This document shows, one piece after another, positions 58,818 through 64,000 of a stretch of DNA of 64,000 bases. The notes under the pieces are model-generated. The model was not told the DNA's origin. It saw only the letters and a list, made by a program, of their open reading frames with translations, and searched no databases. Made by a program: the position numbers and the translations under genes. Every line of letters starts with the position of its first letter. Positions within the stretch are counted from its first letter, which is position 1. Source of the stretch: a virus (Duplodnaviria > Caudoviricetes); the IMG/VR virus record IMGVR_UViG_3300021387_000796, positions 32,001 through 96,000 of that record, one strand, 5' to 3'.

Positions 58818-59769
58818 ATATGTTCATCCTAGTAGTAACCCACAAATTAATTGTTGGTATATTGATTGGCACATAACAGATTGGTGTAACTATTCTTGTC
58901 CGTATTGTATTCAGACGATAGACCATCATTATGCGAGTCAACCATATGAATCACAAGAATTGGTTGAAAAATATGCAAAATGTATTCGAGAAAAAATTAA
59001 AGGTAGATATATTCATTTGTCATTACATGGTGGAGAAATATCGCAATATGATTTGTTATCCGTTTGTGAAATACTTTTTAAAAATAATAATGTTGTTGGA
59101 ACAGTAAATCTTACAACTAATTTATCAGCACCAATCGAAAAATATATTTCTTTTTGTGAACAAAATTATGGTGATAAAATTAAATTCAAAATAGTGTCAA
59201 GTTATCATTGGACAGATTTGCAAAAATATATTGATAAAGCAAAAATTCTCGCTAAAAATTATAAATCGTTTATGGTTGTTTCAGTAGTTCATGATAAAAT
59301 AACATTAGAACAGATGAAAGTCGTGGCTGAAACTTTTAAGGAAAATAAAATTCCATTTAAATTTACACACGGAAGAATACCAAACGCAAACGGAAAACTT
59401 TATAAAATATCGGACGAATGTTTGGAATATCTTGAAAAAATTAATTCCGAATTTAAAATCGATAATGCTAAATTGATTTATAGCGATGGTACAACGAAAG
59501 TATTTAAAAGTAGGAGTAATTTGTTAAATCAAGTAGCAACTGATTTGAATTTAGATGGTGCTAATTTCAAAGGAATGTATTGTTTTAGCGGTACAATAAT
59601 ATATCCTAGCGGAAAAGTATATTGTGGTAGTTGCCCTGATAGAAAGAAGATGTATAAAGGTTTGATTACTGACGAAAATGTATCTTTATCTCCTACCAAA
59701 GAAATTTGTGGTGGTAAAGGTTTTTGTAATCTTTGCGATTGTATGTTAATTTGGAGTGGCAAATATTGA
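58807..59769 (+). CDS. Radical SAM protein 3 (paralog of protein 1)
   Basis: CNYSCPYC, GGE, TTNLS, GSCPD...C..KGFCNLC. Confidence 0.9.
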   Translation: MLYKYVHPSSNPQINCWYIDWHITDWCNYSCPYCIQTIDHHYASQPYESQELVEKYAKCIREKIKGRYIHLSLHGGEISQYDLLSVCEILFKNNNVVGTVNLTTNLSAPIEKYISFCEQNYGDKIKFKIVSSYHWTDLQKYIDKAKILAKNYKSFMVVSVVHDKITLEQMKVVAETFKENKIPFKFTHGRIPNANGKLYKISDECLEYLEKINSEFKIDNAKLIYSDGTTKVFKSRSNLLNQVATDLNLDGANFKGMYCFSGTIIYPSGKVYCGSCPDRKKMYKGLITDENVSLSPTKEICGGKGFCNLCDCMLIWSGKY

Positions 59770-60404
59770 TTGTCTTTACAGTAAACCCCTATAACGATGA
59801 TGTTATAAACAGTCCTATACCACAATTCTGTATGAACAGTTGGAAAAAATTAGGATATGAAATTAAAGTATTTGATTATAACAGTGAAGAAGTAAAATAC
59901 GTCAAAGCGGACTGTCATGAACATTTTCAAGGTAAATCAATTTCAATTAAAACAGACGCTATAAGAATGTATATTCTTTCACAATACTCTAATCATTTGT
60001 ATCTTGATTGGGATGTTTATGTTCATAAACCTTTTGAATTAAAAGAAAAATTGATACGACCGTATTTTTGGTCTATTTATAATGCTGACGAATTAAATTA
60101 TTTTAAGGTATTGTATGAACGGTATAAATTAGGATTATTAAAAGATATGTATGACGCAGAAGTGTCTAAAATATTGAATATAAAGGATAATGGTGCTATT
60201 AATGAATTGAATCATCTTTATTCTGCTGATAGACCTTATTATTTGTTTTCGAACAATCAAGACACCGCTACAAAATATGCTCATTCTAAAGTATGTGTAA
60301 TTAATAATGGCGAAAATATTTTACGCAATGCTATAAATATTAAAGGTGATAAAGAATTGTTTGATTTTCTATCATCGTTAAAAAGGATACATGTATATGA
60401 ATAA
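59766..60404 (+). CDS. DxD glycosyltransferase-like protein (GT32/capsule-synthesis-like)
   Basis: CMNSWKK..YEI...KTDAIRMYIL...LYLDWDV; probable TTG start overlapping the upstream stop. Confidence 0.7.
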   Translation: MIVFTVNPYNDDVINSPIPQFCMNSWKKLGYEIKVFDYNSEEVKYVKADCHEHFQGKSISIKTDAIRMYILSQYSNHLYLDWDVYVHKPFELKEKLIRPYFWSIYNADELNYFKVLYERYKLGLLKDMYDAEVSKILNIKDNGAINELNHLYSADRPYYLFSNNQDTATKYAHSKVCVINNGENILRNAINIKGDKELFDFLSSLKRIHVYE

Positions 60405-61512
60405 TACACAATTAATTTCGATGAATGATATTATGGCGATTGAACGACCATATGATAAAAGACCAATATTCAAAATCTCTTGGAAAATGACAGATTTTTG
60501 TCCTTATAGTTGTTCATATTGTTATATGGCTAATGCCGTAGAAAAAGCAAAGAAATGTCAAAATAATCCTACACAGTTTGATGTGGAAGAAATATCAAGC
60601 CGTATTGATGAATTGTTTGAATGTTTAGGAAATAAAAAAGATAGTATTCAGTTACATTTGATTGGTGGAGAACCGTCTATATTTAATCTGATTAAAGTTA
60701 TTGATAAAATCAAAACGCCTAATCTTAAATATTTGAATCTTGCGACAAATCTTTATCGAAATGTGGATTATTATAAAGAATTAAAAAGGTACTGTAACTC
60801 TCGTGGAATCGAATATGGTTCGTCTGCATCATTTCATATAACACAATGTAATCCACAAGAATATGTTGATAAAGTATTGGAGTTAGGCGTTCAGACAAAA
60901 ATAGTTGTCAATAATGAAAACTTAAAATTATATAAGCCTTATCTCGAAATGTTTATGAATAATAATATTTCAATTGAATTAACTGTAGAAAGAAACAGTA
61001 AAAATGAATGTGTGCAATTAACTGATGATAATTTGGATTTTGTTCAAAAAGTAAGAGAATATCAATTCAATCGTAAAATGCAACACAAATCGTATTTACC
61101 ATATTATACAGTTACATTAAGAAATGGTCAGAAGATAAATTACAGTTCAAACATCGCAATGATTAATTCAATCAAAGAAGGTGCGTTGGATACGACTGGA
61201 TTTTACTGTACCGCAGGTCTACACAATGTACGCATTGAAAAAAATGGAAATCTTAAAAGAAGTGCTTGCCGATTGTGTTCTATGTATTTTAAAATGGGTA
61301 ATATTCTAAAAGGCGATTATGAAAAACCAAATGGGGAAATAATCTGTAAGTGTGAAGAAAAAGGTAAAGATGGTATCTTGCAAGAAAAATATTGCACGGC
61401 ATTCAACAATACATCGATGTACAGATTGGGATATAATAGAATTAATGGTATTTATAATGAAAATCATGGAATAAAAATACCAAACTATTGGGAAGAAACC
61501 TACGGACAATAA
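60391..61512 (+). CDS. Radical SAM protein 4
   Basis: CPYSCSYC, GGEPS, ATNL, SASFH, C-terminal Cys cluster. Confidence 0.9.
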   Translation: MYMNNTQLISMNDIMAIERPYDKRPIFKISWKMTDFCPYSCSYCYMANAVEKAKKCQNNPTQFDVEEISSRIDELFECLGNKKDSIQLHLIGGEPSIFNLIKVIDKIKTPNLKYLNLATNLYRNVDYYKELKRYCNSRGIEYGSSASFHITQCNPQEYVDKVLELGVQTKIVVNNENLKLYKPYLEMFMNNNISIELTVERNSKNECVQLTDDNLDFVQKVREYQFNRKMQHKSYLPYYTVTLRNGQKINYSSNIAMINSIKEGALDTTGFYCTAGLHNVRIEKNGNLKRSACRLCSMYFKMGNILKGDYEKPNGEIICKCEEKGKDGILQEKYCTAFNNTSMYRLGYNRINGIYNENHGIKIPNYWEETYGQ

Positions 61513-61720
61513 AAAAAAACAATTTGTTTTCCTTGACATTCTTTTAAATTTAATGTATTATAATGTATATTAAATTTATATGAGGTATTTAATGGTATTG
61601 GCTAATTATATTTTTGATGCAATCTGTGGAATTTTAATTGTCGGAATTCTAGGATTGGTTATTGTCGGTGAATTTTTTCTTATAAAAGAAACTTGGAAAA
61701 AATAAAAAGAGGGGTAAAAA

Positions 61721-63427
61721 TTGAAAGAACTTAGATTGATTGAAGGTTGTATTAAATTTCCAAAAGAATTACCTTATATTGATGAGTATTATACTAACTC
61801 TAACAAATTGAATCTTTCTTATAGAGCGATAAAATGGTTGTTTATGTGGTCAACGTTGGCTGATAAATACAAGAAAGATAAAGTTTATCAGAAAAACTTT
61901 TATACTTCTCTGAAAACCGAACTCAATAAAGAACAGAGAAATTTCAAATTTCCAATTGATTTTGAAAATACACTTAATGAAATGTATCTCATCAAGCAGA
62001 AATACGCAGAAGAAAAGAAAGAGTATAACAAAGAACATCGTAAAGAGATTGCAGAAGAAAATAAAAAATGGAAAGAAGAATACGGCTATGCTTTTGTGGA
62101 TGGTGAAAAGGTAGAAATCGGAAACAGTCTTATCGAAAGTAGTCGTATATTTATTGGTCGTGGAGATTGTTCTTGGAGAGGATTCATTGTAGAAGATGTT
62201 ATGGCTGAAGACATTTCAATCAATTCCTCTTATCCTTTCCCTTGTAATTATCCTACTCATAATTGGAAAGAAGTGTCATTTAAGGATACGATGTCCATTG
62301 CTACATACACAGAACATCTCGTGGGAAATAAAGATGTTACAATTCAAAAGGCTATTTGGTTTTCTAATAAATCATCATTCAAGGCTGATTCTGATGAAGA
62401 AAAATTTGAAAATGCTAGATTGTTGCAAGTAAACATTAAAAAAGTTACTAAAGCAATCAAAGACGCTTTTCTATCTAATGATATTAAAACACGACAGATT
62501 GGTTGTTGTGCCTATATTATAAGTAAATTTGGAATCCGTGCAGGTAACGAAGATAAACGCAACAACGGTGTGGTCGGTGCATCCACTCTTAAAGTAGAAA
62601 ATATTGAATTGTATGTTGACAAACTACAAGTGCATTTGAAGTTTTTGGGTAAAGATTCAATGATGTATGATAATACTCTAAAAGTTGATGCTGATGTTTT
62701 ACTTCCATTGTGGAAATGTATGGACGGTAAGAACTGTAAGGAAAAACTTTTTGATAGAATCACAAGTCATGAAGTAAATGAATTCTTGGGTTCAATTTGC
62801 AAAGATATTCCTCACTTGTCAAACAAGACATTTCGTACATTTTTTGGCACAAGTTTACTTGCAGAAGAAATTCAAAAAAGAGATTGGGATAATTTGACAG
62901 ATAAACAGTTCAAGAATCAATACATGGATTGTGCCAAAGTTGTAACAATTAAACTTAATCACAAGAAAACTCTTACAAAAGAGCAGAATGAAAAGATTAA
63001 TGAATCTACAAAGAAGAAAATCAAATCAGCAAAAGATTCATTTGAAAAGACAAAATCATCTGTAGAAAAGAAATTGAGTAAACTTGAAGGACTTGAATCA
63101 GATTACAAATCTTGTCTTGAGGGAAAGATTCTTAAAAATAAACTTGCAGAAATCAAGGAACAGAAAAACCAACTTAAAGAAAAGTTGAATAATGCTGAAC
63201 AGAAATTTAAAGATACAAAGAAATTAGCAAAGGCTAATTCTGAAAATCGAGAAATTGCCTTGACAACTGCCATGACTAATTACTCTTCACCAAGAGTAGC
63301 GTATTCACTTTGTAAAGAAACAAACCATGAACCTACAACAATCTATTCTAAAGCATTAGTTGAAAGATTTAATGTATGGGCAAGTGATACACCTACTGAT
63401 TATTGGAGAAAGTATCCAAATGTATAA
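61721..63427 (+). CDS. DNA topoisomerase IB, long (eukaryote/Thaumarchaeota-like) form
   Basis: Catalytic pentad RAGNE, GKDS, FRT, NH, NYSSPR; N-terminal core (KNF...EYGYAFVDG...IFIGRG...EDISIN...HNWKEV) and coiled-coil linker. Confidence 0.9.
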   Translation: MKELRLIEGCIKFPKELPYIDEYYTNSNKLNLSYRAIKWLFMWSTLADKYKKDKVYQKNFYTSLKTELNKEQRNFKFPIDFENTLNEMYLIKQKYAEEKKEYNKEHRKEIAEENKKWKEEYGYAFVDGEKVEIGNSLIESSRIFIGRGDCSWRGFIVEDVMAEDISINSSYPFPCNYPTHNWKEVSFKDTMSIATYTEHLVGNKDVTIQKAIWFSNKSSFKADSDEEKFENARLLQVNIKKVTKAIKDAFLSNDIKTRQIGCCAYIISKFGIRAGNEDKRNNGVVGASTLKVENIELYVDKLQVHLKFLGKDSMMYDNTLKVDADVLLPLWKCMDGKNCKEKLFDRITSHEVNEFLGSICKDIPHLSNKTFRTFFGTSLLAEEIQKRDWDNLTDKQFKNQYMDCAKVVTIKLNHKKTLTKEQNEKINESTKKKIKSAKDSFEKTKSSVEKKLSKLEGLESDYKSCLEGKILKNKLAEIKEQKNQLKEKLNNAEQKFKDTKKLAKANSENREIALTTAMTNYSSPRVAYSLCKETNHEPTTIYSKALVERFNVWASDTPTDYWRKYPNV

Positions 63428-63637
63428 ATATGTGGTGATGTGTTTTAATGAAACGAATAAAGCGTTTCATTTTTTAGTAGAATCGGCTGATGGATATTGT
63501 GCTGAAATAGAAGTCAGAAAAAGATTTCCGAATTATAAAATAAGTCAAGTTATCAGACTTGAAGAACTGAAATAATTATCTGAACATATACACAAAATAT
63601 ATTCAGATAAAAAATATAAAATTTGGAGGAATAAAAT

Positions 63638-64000
63638 ATGATTAAATTAAGAATTGGAAAAGAAGAAGTTGTTTATTCGGATGACGATTTGTTGGTAATG
63701 ACAAGAGACCAACTTAAACAGTTGAAACAAGATTTACAGTGTAATATGGAAGAAGTTTCTGCTAAAAGAGCAAGATATCAAGCAGAAAACAACGAAAAGT
63801 ATAATTCAAAAGAATACTTTACACAGATTGCCAAGTATAAAACCGTTATGGCAAATCTTAAACGAGCAATTGCTAAAGTAAATACTTATGAAATCGATGT
63901 TAAAGAAAATGATTTGAAAGACCGAGAACATTGGCTATGGTCATTTTATGTTAATGTAAAACATAATATTGACAAAAATGAATTTGAAAAACTTGTGAAT
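63638..64000 (+). CDS. Hypothetical coiled-coil protein, runs off the window end
   Basis: GGAGG RBS, open frame to base 64000. Confidence 0.55.
   Translation, partial: MIKLRIGKEEVVYSDDDLLVMTRDQLKQLKQDLQCNMEEVSAKRARYQAENNEKYNSKEYFTQIAKYKTVMANLKRAIAKVNTYEIDVKENDLKDREHWLWSFYVNVKHNIDKNEFEKLVN

Noticed and set aside
56909-61512. Viperin-like or queuosine-pathway identity for the radical SAM proteins
   Set aside because: Family-specific motifs and partner genes (QueC, QueD, FolE, DpdA) were not recognised; only a generic rSAM call is supported.
2383-62763. Many short antisense or nested ORFs in the ORF track (e.g. 2625-, 13241-, 18861-, 34971-)
   Set aside because: They are shadows of well-supported genes, with no RBS or recognisable motifs.
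1-64000. Stop-codon reassignment, tRNA or rRNA genes
   Set aside because: Conserved genes are full length in the standard code and TAG/TGA act as normal stops. The GGTTCGA hits I noticed fall inside CDSs with no cloverleaf.

Overview
AT-rich (~27-28% GC by eye) segment of a large lytic myovirus (jumbo-phage-like organisation), standard genetic code. Sigma70-type promoters, AGGAG/GGAGG Shine-Dalgarno sites and a class III ribonucleotide reductase point to an anaerobic, SD-using bacterial host. Virion genes (major capsid, tail sheath, tail completion, fibre/appendage genes) are scattered among replication/recombination genes (DnaC-like loader, SSB-like, Pif1/RecD helicase, SbcC/SbcD, dUTPase, RtcB, three DNA methyltransferases, IbrA/IbrB pair) and free-standing homing-endonuclease-like genes. 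Main unusual features: (1) a family of small dual-loop structured RNAs upstream of endonuclease genes, whose loops co-vary with a downstream hairpin loop and with the Shine-Dalgarno sequence (C4-antisense-like control cassette); (2) an nrdD fractured into two polypeptides by an endonuclease gene and also carrying an Ala-start mini-intein and an ORF-less group I intron, under tandem NrdR boxes; (3) a long, eukaryote/Thaumarchaeota-type topoisomerase IB; (4) four radical-SAM enzymes plus two glycosyltransferases directly behind the fibre genes; (5) a G9-frameshifted, possibly phase-variable methyltransferase; (6) a recurrent TAACTAT putative late promoter. All calls come from motif recognition by eye; no searches were run.
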